Source of the DNA: Macrostomum lignano
Lineage: Eukaryota
Reading direction: 5' to 3'
Length of the DNA stretch: 64,000 nt
Assembly (NCBI GenBank): GCA_002269645.1
Contig: NIVC01003174.1
Coordinates: 50,161-114,160 of the forward strand
The notes under the pieces are model-generated. The model did no database searches. It was not told the DNA's origin and was given only the letters and a program-made list of their open reading frames with translations. Below, piece by piece: positions 24,601 to 36,400 of this stretch (within the stretch, counting starts at the first letter, position 1; the number at the start of each line of letters is the position of its first letter). A program made the translations under genes and the position numbers.

Positions 24601-26818
24601 AAAGATCAACGAAAAACAAAAAATTAGCCAGCTAAAATCAACAAATCAACTAAAATCAACAAATAAACTAAAAATCAACAAATCAACTAAAAATCAACTA
24701 ATCAACTAAAATCAACAAATAAACTAAAAATCAACAAGTAAGCTAAAATCAACAAATCAACTAAAATCAACAAATCAACAAAGATCAACAAATAAACTAA
24801 AAATCAACAAATCAGCTAAAATCAACAAATCTGCTAAAATCAACAAATCAGCTAAAATCAACAAATCAGCTAAAATCAACAAGAAAGCTAAAATCAACAA
24901 ATCAACTAAAATCAACAAATCAACTAAAATCAACTAAAAACTAAAAATCAACAGTAAGCTAAAATCAACAAATCAACTAAGATCAACAAATACACTAAAA
25001 ATCAACAAGTAAGCTAAAATCAACAAATCAACTAAGATCAACAAATACACTAAAAATCAACAGTAAGCTAAAATCAACAAATCAACTAAAATCAACTAAA
25101 AACTAAAAATCAACAGTAAGCTAAAATCAACAAATCAACTAAAATCAACTAAAAACTAAAAATCAACAGTAAGCTAAAATCAACAAATCAACTAAAATCA
25201 ACTAAAAACTAAAAATCAACAGTAAGCTAAAATCAACAAATCAACTAAAATCAACTAAAAACTAAAAATCAACAAGTAAGCTAAAATTAGCAAGTAAGCA
25301 AAAAATCGACAAAAAGAATTCAACAAATGAACTAAAATTAACCAGTAAACAAAAATTAATAAACACCAACTAACCGAATAATCGCCATCGCCATTGCGCA
25401 GATGTTGGACGGCGACAAGCAGGCGGCCCTGCTCGCCGCCTACCTGATCGGGCGGATCCGAGCGGCCGGGCTGAATCTGAACACCGGCCTGGTGCAGACC
25501 GCCTACGCCAACGCCGAGTCCACCCGCTACCTCGCCGAACAGCTGGGCGTGGCGGTGGCTTGCGTGCCAACCGGCGTCAAGCATCTGCACAAGCGGGCCA
25601 AAGACTTCGACATCGGCGTTTATTTTGAGGCCAACGGTCACGGCACTGTGCTGTTCAGCGACCGGGCTCGATCGGCTATTTTGGCCGTCGCTGCCGACAG
25701 TGAGGGCGAGGCTGGCGAGAAAGTTGAAGCGGCTCGAGAACTGCGCCTGGTGATGGATCTGATCAATGAGACGGTGGGCTGCGGCGCGCTTGTGCTCGGG
25801 GTCTGGGTTGAAAGCTTTCTGTGATAGGGGGTCAGGACTGAGCAATTTCAGTGTGGGATGTCAGAGACAGGCATATTTAGTGTCAGCAGAGGTGTCAGGG
25901 ACAGGCATATTTAGTGTCAGCAGAGGTGTCAGGGACAGGCATATTTAGTGTTAGCAGAGATGTCAGGGACAGGCATATTTAGTGTCAGCAGAGGTGTCAG
26001 GGACAGGCATATTTAGTGTTAGCAGAGATGTCAGGGACAGGTATATTTAGTGTTAGCAGAGATGTCAGGGACAGGTATATTTAGTGTCAGCAGAGATGTC
26101 AGGGACAGGTATATTTAGTGTCAGCAGAGATGTCAGGGACAGGTATATTTAGTGTCAGCAGAGATGTCAGGGACAGGTATATTTAGTGTCAGCAGAGGTG
26201 TCAGACACAGGCATATTTAGTGTCAGCAGAGGTGTCAGACACAGGCATATTTAGTGTCAGCAGAGGTGTCAGGGACAGGCATATTTAGTGTCAGCAGAGG
26301 TGTCAGGGACAGGCATATTTAGTGTCAGCAGAGGTGTCAGGGACAGGCATATTTAGTGTCAGCAGAGGTGTCAGACACAGGCATATTTAGTGTCAGCAGA
26401 GGTCAGGCTCAAGCATCTCCCGCTCTCACTGCCGCAGGTGGGTGACGCAGTCTCTGTGCTGCTGGCAGTGGAGCACGCGCTGGCCGAGGCGGGCTGGGGC
26501 GCGGCCGAGTGGAACGCCTGCTACACGGACCTGCCCAGCCGCCAGCTGAAGGTGTCGGTCGCCAACAGGTCGGCGGTGACCACCACGGATGCCGAGCGGC
26601 GCTGCGTGCTGCCGGAGGGACTGCAGCCGGTCATAGATGACCTGGTGGCGGCCACCCAGCGTGGCCGGGCTTTTGTCCGCCCGTCCGGCACGGAGGATGT
26701 TGTCCGGGTGTACGCTGAGGGCGCAACCAGGGAGCTGGCGGACCAGCTGGCGCTGCAGGTGGCGGAGGCGGTGCACCGGCTGGCTGCCGGGGTGGGGCCG
26801 CTGCCTTCCATCGAGTGA
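21685..26818 (+). CDS. PGM3: Phosphoacetylglucosamine mutase, ~594 aa. Exons: 21685-22145, 22771-23196, 24138-24282, 25402-25773, 26438-26818
   Basis: YGTAGFR; catalytic VMVTASHNPEHDNGVK; VLVGHDSRKSS; LTTPQLHY; DAANGVG; metal loop SFDGDADR; GVYFEANGHGT; RPSGTEDVVRVYAE. Summed exons are 1785 nt, in frame. Confidence 0.95.
22159..22434. mobile_element. CACTCAG-ended MITE-like element, copy 1 (internally deleted)
   Basis: CACTCAG..CATTTGCGTGTAAGCTACTATTCAGTTCAGTAG start and CTACTG.ACTG.AAGTAG...CTGAGT end shared with 28414-28782 and 32376-32806. Confidence 0.65.
22445..22724 (-). mobile_element. tRNA-derived SINE with CORE-like domain, copy 2 (intact A and B boxes)
   Basis: Minus strand: A box TGGCCTAGTGG (22724-22714), B box GGTTCGATTCC (22680-22670), then TGTGTCCTTGAGCAAGACACTTAAC...CAGCTGTAAAATGGG. 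Confidence 0.85.
23360..24127. repeat. 21-bp minisatellite in PGM3 intron 2
   Basis: ctgtcagtatttcat plus a variable hexamer (gtgtga/gtgtgc/gagtag), ~36 copies, ending ~10 nt before the acceptor. Confidence 0.95.
24600..25345. repeat. ~18-bp A-rich minisatellite in PGM3 intron 3
   Basis: aaaatcaacaaatcaact repeats. Confidence 0.9.
25860..26400. repeat. 34-bp minisatellite in PGM3 intron 4
   Basis: gtcagcagaggtgtcagggacaggcatatttagt x~16. Confidence 0.95.
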
Positions 26819-27429
26819 TCATTAGCAACTGCCGATATGTGTTGGCCTCTCTAACAGTTTTAATATTAATCTGCCTAGCGTGTTTATCCGCCCGTATATT
26901 TGCTATGGTATTAAATTGTACTTTGCTGAGCCCGAATGGCGACGAACAACATTTTTAAGACTGACGGAGATGTTTATTGACTTGAAAATAAAGAAAAACA
27001 ATGAAAAAACTTGAATTTCAATCCTATCTGACCTGCAGAGCTACTAACAGTAGTGTTAACCGGGCTTTACACTTATTAGTTTGCAATTTATCTGTAAGAG
27101 AAAATCACCTACTAAATAATAGGTTGACAAAGAGTTGACAGCGAGTCCGTTCGGGCGCAGCAAGATAAGAGTGTATCACCCTCACTATCAGCTCCACTGT
27201 AGATTCCGGGAATTGGCTGGATTAGCAGAGCAATTCTCATCAATATATGCTATTCATTGTTTTACTTTTCTCAATAATCGTGCGATTTTCAGGTTAAAAT
27301 TAAGACTCAGTGTCTAGATTGCCTTCATTGGACAGCTTGACAATAGTGCAGAATTCATTGGATGCCGGTTTGTTTACACAGTACACTAAATTGACAACTA
27401 TTTCTATATGCCCACATTTGACTGACTTA

Positions 27430-27685
27430 ATTGTCTATGGCCGAGTGCAGTGCTGTGGCTGCTGTTGCTGCAGGGAATGGGGAGTCTGCACTTGATTGGC
27501 TTTATTGTCTATGGCCGAGTGCAGTGCTGTGGCTGCTGTTGCTGCAGGGAATGGGGAGTCTGCACTTGATTGGCTTTTTTGTCTATGGCCGAGTGCAGTG
27601 CTTGTGGCTGCTGTTGCTGCAGGGAATGGGGAGTCTGCACTTGATTGGCTTTATTGTCTATGGCCGAGTGCAGTGCTGTGGCTGC
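27430..27685. repeat. 74-bp tandem repeat, ~3.3 copies, intergenic
   Basis: gtctatggccgagtgcagtgctgtggctgctgttgctgcagggaatggggagtctgcacttgattggc recurs at a 74-nt period. Confidence 0.9.
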
Positions 27686-28413
27686 AGCGAATTCTCAGCT
27701 AGATCGGGTTATTTATCAACTTCACTGACAAATGCAGTATAAACTTAAAATTCAGGAAAACAATTACGAATGCTCAAATGTGCTCAAACACTCAAAACTT
27801 CCTAACGGTGCACGTGCATTGTGCAACAAAAACCGCCGGTCTCCAGTGAGTGCTTATTAGCTTCCGTCTCCTAGCTATTGCATAAGCATACGAGTATGTC
27901 GCGGTGAAAGTATTCAATCGGTAGAATGCCTTTTATCTCCCTGTAATAATACAGCTTTGCAGCTAGTGTTGTATGACAAACGAGAGTCAGTTTGGTGCCA
28001 ATGCCAATATTATCAACGCATGCTTGCCGATAATTTTAATCCATGGTATTTGTTACACCTCGTGATACTCTTAACCGAGAGGTCGCGGACTTTTTAAACT
28101 CGTAAAATATAAAATGCATATAAAAATGATATAAAAATAAATTTATATCATCAATAAAGCAACCAGATATTATAGACACTAAAATACTAATTGTTTTACC
28201 AACAATACACAATATGTATGCTATATTAAAATTGTGTTGGGGTTTATCGTATTGCATATTTATTTAAGAAAATTAAAGATTGTTTTACAATATATATAGC
28301 ATTTTCTGCCCTAGTTGATCCTGTCTTTGGACTCTATTAATGATCGATTTATGCTGTATATCTGATCATAGAGAGCCAGCTGGACTCACAAATACTAGAA
28401 TAACTAGCTGGGC

Positions 28414-28782
28414 CACTCAGAACATTTGCGTGTAAGCTACTTTCAGTTCAGTAGTAAGTTAAACTGAAGCATTTTAATGTATTTTTAAAGCCAAGGCTCA
28501 TTTATTGGCTCTTACCCCCAGCCTAAACCCTCCAACCGCGCCTTTCCACACCACCAACGCCCCGCCCCAACTTTTATTGCCTTTCTCGGAATTCTTTATT
28601 TTCAGTGTACATTATTGCTAAACCAATTAGCCAGCTGTTTATGCCTGCAAGCTTGGGCCTGCTTGAATTATCAAAGTCGTTTCAGCTGGCTTTTTTTTAA
28701 ATAACAGCTTATGTATTCTTCTTTGCTACTGAACTGAAAGTAGAAAGCTGTTTTACCAAGTATCAATATATATGCCTGAGTG
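28414..28782. mobile_element. CACTCAG-ended MITE-like element, copy 2
   Basis: Inverted termini CACTCAG/CTGAGTG, extendable to aataactagctgggccactcag / ctgagtggcccatctggttatt; subterminal ctactttcagttcagtag / ctactgaactgaaagtag. Confidence 0.7.
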
Positions 28783-29179
28783 GCCCATCTGGTTATTTGA
28801 GTATCTGTGGCTGGACTAGGTCCCATAGTATGCGTATATTATACAACATTACATCATATTAAACCATGCGTTTTACACAGCACTGTCACACTGCGCGAAA
28901 ATGCTTTGCTGAATAGACAGACTTGAGACACCTGAGAGGCTGAGACCGGATTAGCTGTTATCAGTAGCGGGGGAACAGGCGGCCAAAAGCCACACAGCAG
29001 GTAAGCAAATAGTTACACTTAAAACAATCATACTACTAATACGAGCTCGTAGTACAGAATGATCTGGAATAAGGAGAATAATTGATTCTGGAATAATCAA
29101 GCTAAATATGAGTTTTGTTGGCAGCTTTGTTACTCGCCTATTTACCCTCGTACCTTCGAAAAATAGCATCTATTGCCAG

Positions 29180-30110
29180 CCTGAAATCCGCTGATTGGCT
29201 GGATTGTGAGCCTGGAATCAGCTGATTGCCTGGAATCAGCTGATTGGCTGGATTGTGAGACGGGATTGCTGATTGGCTGAATGATTCTGAGCCTGGAATC
29301 AGATTAATGGATGATTCTGAGACTGGAATCAGCTGATTGGCTGGATTGAGCCTGGAATCAGCTGATTTGCTGGATTGTGAGCCTAAAATCAGCTGATTGG
29401 CTGGATTGTGAGACGGGAATCAGCTGATTGGCTGGATTTTGAGCCTGGAATCAGCTGATTGGCTGGATGATTCTGAGCCTGGAATCCGCTGATTGGCTGG
29501 ATGATTCTGAGCCTAGAATCAGCTGATTGGCTGGATGATTCTGAGCCTGGAATCCGCTGATTGGCTGGATGATTCTGAGCCTGGAATCAGCTGATTAATG
29601 GATGATTCTGAGACTGGAATCAGCTGATTGGCTGGATTGTGAGCCTGGAATCAGCTGATTGGCTGGATTGTGAGACGGGAATCAGCTGATTGGCTGGATT
29701 ATGAGCCTGGAATCAGCTGATTGGCTGGATTGTGAGACGGGAATCAGCTGATTGGCTGGATTATGAGCCTGGAATCAGCTGATTGGCTGGATTGTGAGAC
29801 GGGAATCAGCTGATTGGCTGGATTATGAGCCTGGAATCAGCTGATTGGCTGGATGATTCTGAGCCTGGAATCAGCTGATTAATGGATGATTCTGAGACTG
29901 GAATCAGCTGATTGGCTGGATTCTGAGCCTGGAATCAGCTGATTGGCTGGATTATGAGCCTGGAATCAGCTGATTGGCTGGATTGTGAGCCTGGAATCAG
30001 CTGATTGGCTGGATTGTGAGCCTGGAATCAGCTGATTGGCTGGATTGTGAGACGGGAATCAGCTGATTGGCTGAATGATTCTGAGCCTGGAATGAGCTGA
30101 TTGGCTGGAT
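29180..30110. repeat. 31/34-bp minisatellite between convergent PGM3 and ATRX
   Basis: gagcctggaatcagctgattggctggattgt x~29. Confidence 0.95.
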
Positions 30111-30407
30111 TCTCTCGTTAAGTGGGTTTTTACACCAACTTATTTTCGGATTGGCGCTTGTCAGTGTACATAACAAAGCGCTAATTGATATCATAGGCGT
30201 GTACTTTGATTAATAGCCACTACAATTTAGCTAGTATAACAATATAACTAAGCAATACCGAGCCGACAGGCCTTAAAAAACAGGAAAGCATGCCTTATTA
30301 ATAGTTTCTATAAAAAAACTGCTAACCCATTACGGGGTAGAAAGAATTTCGTGAATAACATGTTAATAAAAAGTTTCACAATCGTCAGTTGTGACAAGCT
30401 GATTAGA

Positions 30408-33400
30408 TCACTGATTCTGCTGTTGCAGTTTCTGCAGCCGCTGCTCCTGCTGTTTGCGCAGAAAGTCCAGCAGATAGCGATAGGCTAAGCGGTCCAGTTC
30501 GGCCGGCTTGTCTGCCAAGTCAGTCCGCTGCTGATTCACCTGGTTGCGAATATTCAGAAACTGCAGCGGATACTGCAGCTGCAGATTGGTGATCTGCTGC
30601 CGCTCAGGGTTCATTGCCGGCTGCGGCTGCTGCAGCAGGGCGGCTGAGCTGGCAGCCCGAGGCGGCGGCTGTGGCGGCTTCTGCGGCTGCTGCTGCAGGG
30701 CGGCGGCAGAGCCGGAGAAATTCGCTACGGTGGCGCTGTGCTGCAGCTGCTGCTCAGGAGAGCTCGGCCCGTCCTCTGTGACGGCTGTCTGTTGCGGTTG
30801 CGGCGGTGGCTGCGGCCGAGCCTTTGGCGCGTGCTTCTCCTGCTCGTACTCCTGCCAGGCCTGCTGCCGCTCCTCATCGGTGAGCAGCTCGCTTTCTACG
30901 TTCTCTAGCAGCGAGTCGTGCAGGTGGTAGCTGGCTATCCAGCGGGCCTCACTGGCCAGCAGGTCTGCGGGTTCAAATGGGACGGCCTTGATTTCTATGG
31001 CAATTCTTAGCGGATTTTCCTGTGCGATTCCTTAATTCAGAGCTCAGCTTCACTGATTGATTCGTTTTGGCTACACAGCTTGCTAAAGTACATAGTGTAC
31101 CTTTTGACCCTAAATACAGTCGCCACTTTTGAGAGTGCGCAGTAAATTCTAGTTCAGTATTAACTTTTGAGTGACGCAACTTGCGCCACGCGACGCAGAG
31201 TTTTGGGCTGGGTGAGGAGGGATCGGGAGGAGCGGAGGGCGAAGTTTTTTTCAAGCATTTTTTAAATATCAAAATGGTTGGCCAGGTGATAGACGCTGCT
31301 AGAAAGACACTGCTCACTGGGGCAAAGGGTGGCGACTTTTTAATGTTGCTGAGTATAAGTGCTGAGAGGCTTTTCTCAACGAAGTCCCCATTACCTCAAC
31401 GCAATTTTTAAGCCAGGGGTCGGCAAACTTTTTTACCTAAAGGGCCAGATAGGGAATGCAGCTCTTGTCTGCGGGCCAGATGAGAGTGGAAAGAAAAGGG
31501 AATGGAAGACGAAAGATGAGAGGAGAGGAGAGGCGGGGAATGATATGAGAGAAAAGATACGTCGTAAAAGAGAGAAGAGGGGAGAGAGGGAAGAGGAAGA
31601 GAGATAGAGAGAGAGGGGAGGGGAGAAGAGAGGAGAGAAGAAAAGAAGGGAGATGGGAAAGAAGAGAAGGGAGAGGGGAAAGAAGAGAAGGGAGAGGGGA
31701 AAGAAGAGAAGGGAGAGGGGAAAGAAGAGAAGGGAGAGGGGAAAGAAGAGAAGGGAGAGGGGAAAGAAGAGAAGGGAGAGGAGAAAGAAGAGAAGGGAGA
31801 GGAGAAAGAAGAGTAGGGAGAGGGGAAAGAAGAGAAGGGAGAGGGGAAAGAAGAGAAGGGAGAGGAGAAAGAAGAGAAGGGAGAGGGAAAGAAGAGAAGG
31901 GAGAGGAGAAAGAAGAGAAGGGAGAGGGGAAAGAAGAGAAGGGAGAGGGGAAAGAAGAGAAGGGAGAGGGGAAAGAAGAGAGGGGAGAGGGGAAAGAAGA
32001 GAAGGGAGAGGGGAAAGAAGAGAGGGGAGAGGGGAAAGAAGAGAAGGGAGAGGGGAAAGAAGAGAAGGGAGAGGGGAAAGAAGAGAAGGGAGAGGGGAGA
32101 GAAGAAGATAGGGGAGAGGAGAGAGGGGGGAGAGGGTAAAGAAGAGAGAAGAGAAAGAGCTGAGCAGAGACACAAAGCTTGAGCGGGCCGGATTGCCATT
32201 GTGAAGTTTCAAAGGACCTGAGGGCCGGATAGAGAGGCTTTGAGGGCTGCGTATGGCCCGCGGACCGGAGTTTGCTGACCCCTGTTTAAAGCCTTCTGAT
32301 CCACTCTGGTCGAGATATTGCTGATAACCGACCCGACCATACAGACCGCTTAAAAAAGAAAATAACTAGATGGGCCACTCAGCATATTTGCGTGTAAGCT
32401 ACTATTCAGTTCAGTAGTAAGCTAACCAAAACCACTTAATGTATTGTTTTTTCAAGACAAGGTTTATTTATTAACTCTTAACCCCCCCCCCCCTTCCCCC
32501 AACATAAGCTCTCGAATTGCGTCTTTCCACACAAAACCCATACCCCGAAATTTAAAATTGGCCGCCCAAGTTTCATTGCCTTTCTCGGTGTTTTCCAGCC
32601 TAAAGTTGGCTGCCATGTACATCTCAGTGGCTCTGGCTAATGTACATTATTATAGATGAACCAATTAGCAAGTTTTTTACGACTGCAAAATCTTGGCTTC
32701 TAAACTTATCAGTAAAATTTCAGCTGCATTTATTTTTTAAAATAGCCTATGCGTTCTCTCTTACTACTCAACTGGAAGTAAAAAGCTGTTATATATGTTC
32801 CGAGTGTAGGTGCAAGTTTGTAAATTATTTTAGCCCCTTAATTATTCATTAGCATTCATGTTTATCATTAACTCGTGTAGCTAGCAGTTAGCAAACCAAA
32901 GTAACGGTTTTTGAACCGACTGGACTATATAGTCTAATTTACAGTGTTTTCGATACATATCGGTCTAGAATCCAGACTGCACACTCACCAGCCAGGACAC
33001 CATCAGCGGGCAGGTCAAAACGCTTCCTAGCGTCAATGCTCGGATCGAATCGGTCCACAGTCAGGGTGTACAGCTGGACGAGATCGGCAGCGCTGAAGTG
33101 CCGATTAATCTGGTGCTCGTCGATAACGCGAAAGCCTAGCGACTGTTTGTTCACCTGCCTGCTATAGATCTTCTCCTCCATAGTGCCCTGGGCTACCAGT
33201 CTGTACACGAATACCGGCTTGGTCTGGCCGAACCGGTAGGTGCGAAATATCGACTGGATGTCGTGCGACGGATTCCAGCTGACGTCGAATATCACGACGC
33301 GATTAGCCGCGGGTAGGTTCACGCCTGCGCGATTTGGGGTGGGGGAGGGACCTCGTTGGAGCGTTAATAATGACTGTTAGGCTCAAACAAGATTAATTTG

Positions 33401-36400
33401 TGGGAGATTCGGCGATTTTTAATCATTGATAAAATTTTGTAACTAAAATTTAGTTTGCTATGGATGCACTAATCTACTCATAGCGGCAGTAAAAGTAAAT
33501 GCAATTATTGTTATTATCATTCACGTATAAAAGTGGGACGGTCACAACTTTTTTTGGTGACCGTAAAAATGTGACATTGTGTCACATTGTGTCAATGTGT
33601 CACACTTTTGACCCTCAAATGTGACCGTTTATTTGGCAGTCACATTTGAGCCTTTTCGCCTTTTCAATGCGCCTTTTCAATCCAGCCTACTTCAAGCGGC
33701 AGTAATGGAAAATTAATAGCCTAATTAACTAGGACTATAAAAAAGCATCGCTCACCCAGCCCGCCAGCTTTGGTGCTGATTAGAAATAGCCTCAGTCGAG
33801 TGTCGCTCTCCTTATTGAACGCCTCGGACATGGACTTCCTACTGGCGGCCGAGGTGGACCCGTCCAGACGCAGATAGTCCTCGCCAGGCTGGCCAATGCC
33901 CAGCTTGTCAAGAAAGTGTTCAATAATGTCCAGCGATAGAAGGCTCTGCGAGAATACTAAAGTTTTATCGCCGTGCTCTTCAAACGAGCGCAATAGGCTG
34001 AATAGAATGTGCAGCTTGCCGCTTAGGGAGACATCATCAGCCATGGAGTCCGTGTACATGGGGTGCCACCACTGCGGCGGCCGCGCCGGCTGGACAATCG
34101 CCTGTGCGGCTGCGGCATTGTCGGCCGCTTCAGCGCCTTTGCTGCCGCGACTTCGCGTCGACCAGCCGGTAACGACCTCGTCGGCGCTGCTGCTGTCCGC
34201 CGCGCTGCTGCTCTCGCTGCTGTCGTCGCTGCTGCCGAGCCAACGACGGCGCCGGTGCTTCACCGGACGTCTGCTGTCATCGCTGTTGTCATCTGCATCC
34301 TCATCGCTGTCTCCCGAGTCTTCTCTTTGCTCTCCGTCTTCTTCATCGTCGTCCTCCTCGTCGTCCTCGCTGCTGGTCCACCGGTCCCGCTTGGCCGCCT
34401 CCTCTTCGTGTAGCTTCAGCAAGTGCGGATGGGTCCACACCCGGTAGAGAACCTGCGGCATTTATTATTATACTACTCATGGTAAGTAGCGCTCAGGTTG
34501 GGAGTTGAGAACTTTTATATTCTATATAAAAGATAAGTTGGCCCGAGAGACACGAAAGTTAGACGCTTTACCGCTCAGATACTACTAGGTTGTAAGTAGT
34601 GCTAGGCGTTTTTTTAGCGAGTTACACTCATATTGTAATGATGTGCCAGCGGCCCAGGCTCGATTTCAAGTGCAGTCACATTTGTTTCTGGCTAAATTGG
34701 AATCTCGGCTTGGCTCTGCTCGTGCAATTAACAGCCTTGAGGGCCAACCCCCACGGCACAGTGAAGTGTACATGCCTGATAACGATAAATAAAGTTAGGG
34801 CCGCTGTACACTCCCGTGTGAGTGTGTGCCTGTGCGTATGACTGCGTACGTATCCGCGCGCTTGTGTGCGTGCTTACATGTAGGGGAGTCGGCGGAATGG
34901 GCAGCAATGCCTCTCGCCGGTTGTGTGAAGTGCGCCAGGTTGCACACAGCCCCTTCCGTTTCTAACTAATCCAACAGTAATTCTCACCTGTTGATCGGCA
35001 AACAGCGACACCGAATGGCTAAATAGCAGCGGTCGCACCTGGTCCAGGTATTTCCTATACAACTGTTCCTGCACTTCACCCAGCCTGATATTGATAATAA
35101 ACTCGTGCTTTGGCGGCAGGTACTTGGTCAGCGCGGTGTAGTCCCGCCTATGCACGCAGCCGGACAACATTTTGTGCAGAACGTGGGCCCGGCGCTTCAT
35201 CAGCTGAACGTCAAAGGCGGTGCTGTCCGAGTGCTGGCCATTGTTGATGGGGTTCACGAATCTGAGCGGGAATAGGATGGAGCAAGGAGATTTTAGACAC
35301 TTCCACTCCCAATACTTTCAGATCATAGCGGACAGCTATAACATTTTCTAGAGCCAATTTCCAGCGCCAAAGGACAATTCTCAGACAAATGTCCGGCATT
35401 GTCAGCGCCAAAGGACAATTCTCAGACAAATGTCTGGCATTGTCAGCGCCAAAGGACAATTCTCAGACAAATGTCCGGCATTGTCAGCGCCAAAGGACAA
35501 TTCTCAGACAAATGTCCGGCATTGTCAGCGCCAAAGGACAATTCTCAGACAAATGTCTGGCATTGTCAGCGCCAAAGGACAATTCTCAGACAAATGTCCG
35601 GCATTGTCAGCGCCAAAGGACAATTCTCAGACAAATGTCCGGCATTGTCAGCGCCAAAGAACAATTCTCAGACAAATGTCCGGCATTGTCAGCGCCAAAG
35701 AACAATTCTCAGACAAATGTCCGGCATTGCCAGCGCCAAGGGACAATTCTCAGACAAATGTCCGGCATTGCCAGTGCCAAAGGACAATTCTCAGACAAAT
35801 GTCTGGCATTGTCAGCGCCAAAGGACAATTCTCAGACAAATGTCCGGCATTGTCAGCGCCAAAGGACAATTCTCAGACAAATGTCCGGCATTGTCAGCGC
35901 CAAAGGACAATTCTCAGACAAATGTCTGGCATTGTCAGCGCCAAAGGACAATTCTCAGACAAATGTCCGGCATTGCCAGCGCCAAAGGACAATTCTCAGA
36001 CAAATGTCCGGCATTGTCAGCGCCAAAGGACAATTCTCAGACAAATGTCCAAGCAATTATTAGACAAATGGAATGTATTAAATCGACGAACAGCAGGTGT
36101 TTTCTGATAAATAATACAATGACACAATTGCATGGATAATAACCAAAGGGGACTTGTAGCCTAGTGACTTGAAGGTCGGGGGTTTGATTCTTGACCCACT
36201 CGGGAACAATGTGTCCTTGAGCAAGACACTTAACTCTGCATTGCTTCAGCTCACCCAGCTGTAAAATGGGTGCCAGCATTAGCTGGGGTAATTGAGGCTG
36301 TGTGTGGTGACCCCCACAGTCCTTGGACTGAACAGCCGTACGCAGCCTTCAGATGCGCCGCACAATAGCTGCGGCTGAGCTGTCGGTTGCACATCTGGCC

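Noticed and set aside
33896-34447. Antisense ORFs over GC-rich exons (also 13887-14630, 21751-22161, 54464-55227 and others)
   Set aside because: Expected shadow ORFs of GC-rich coding exons, with no independent evidence.
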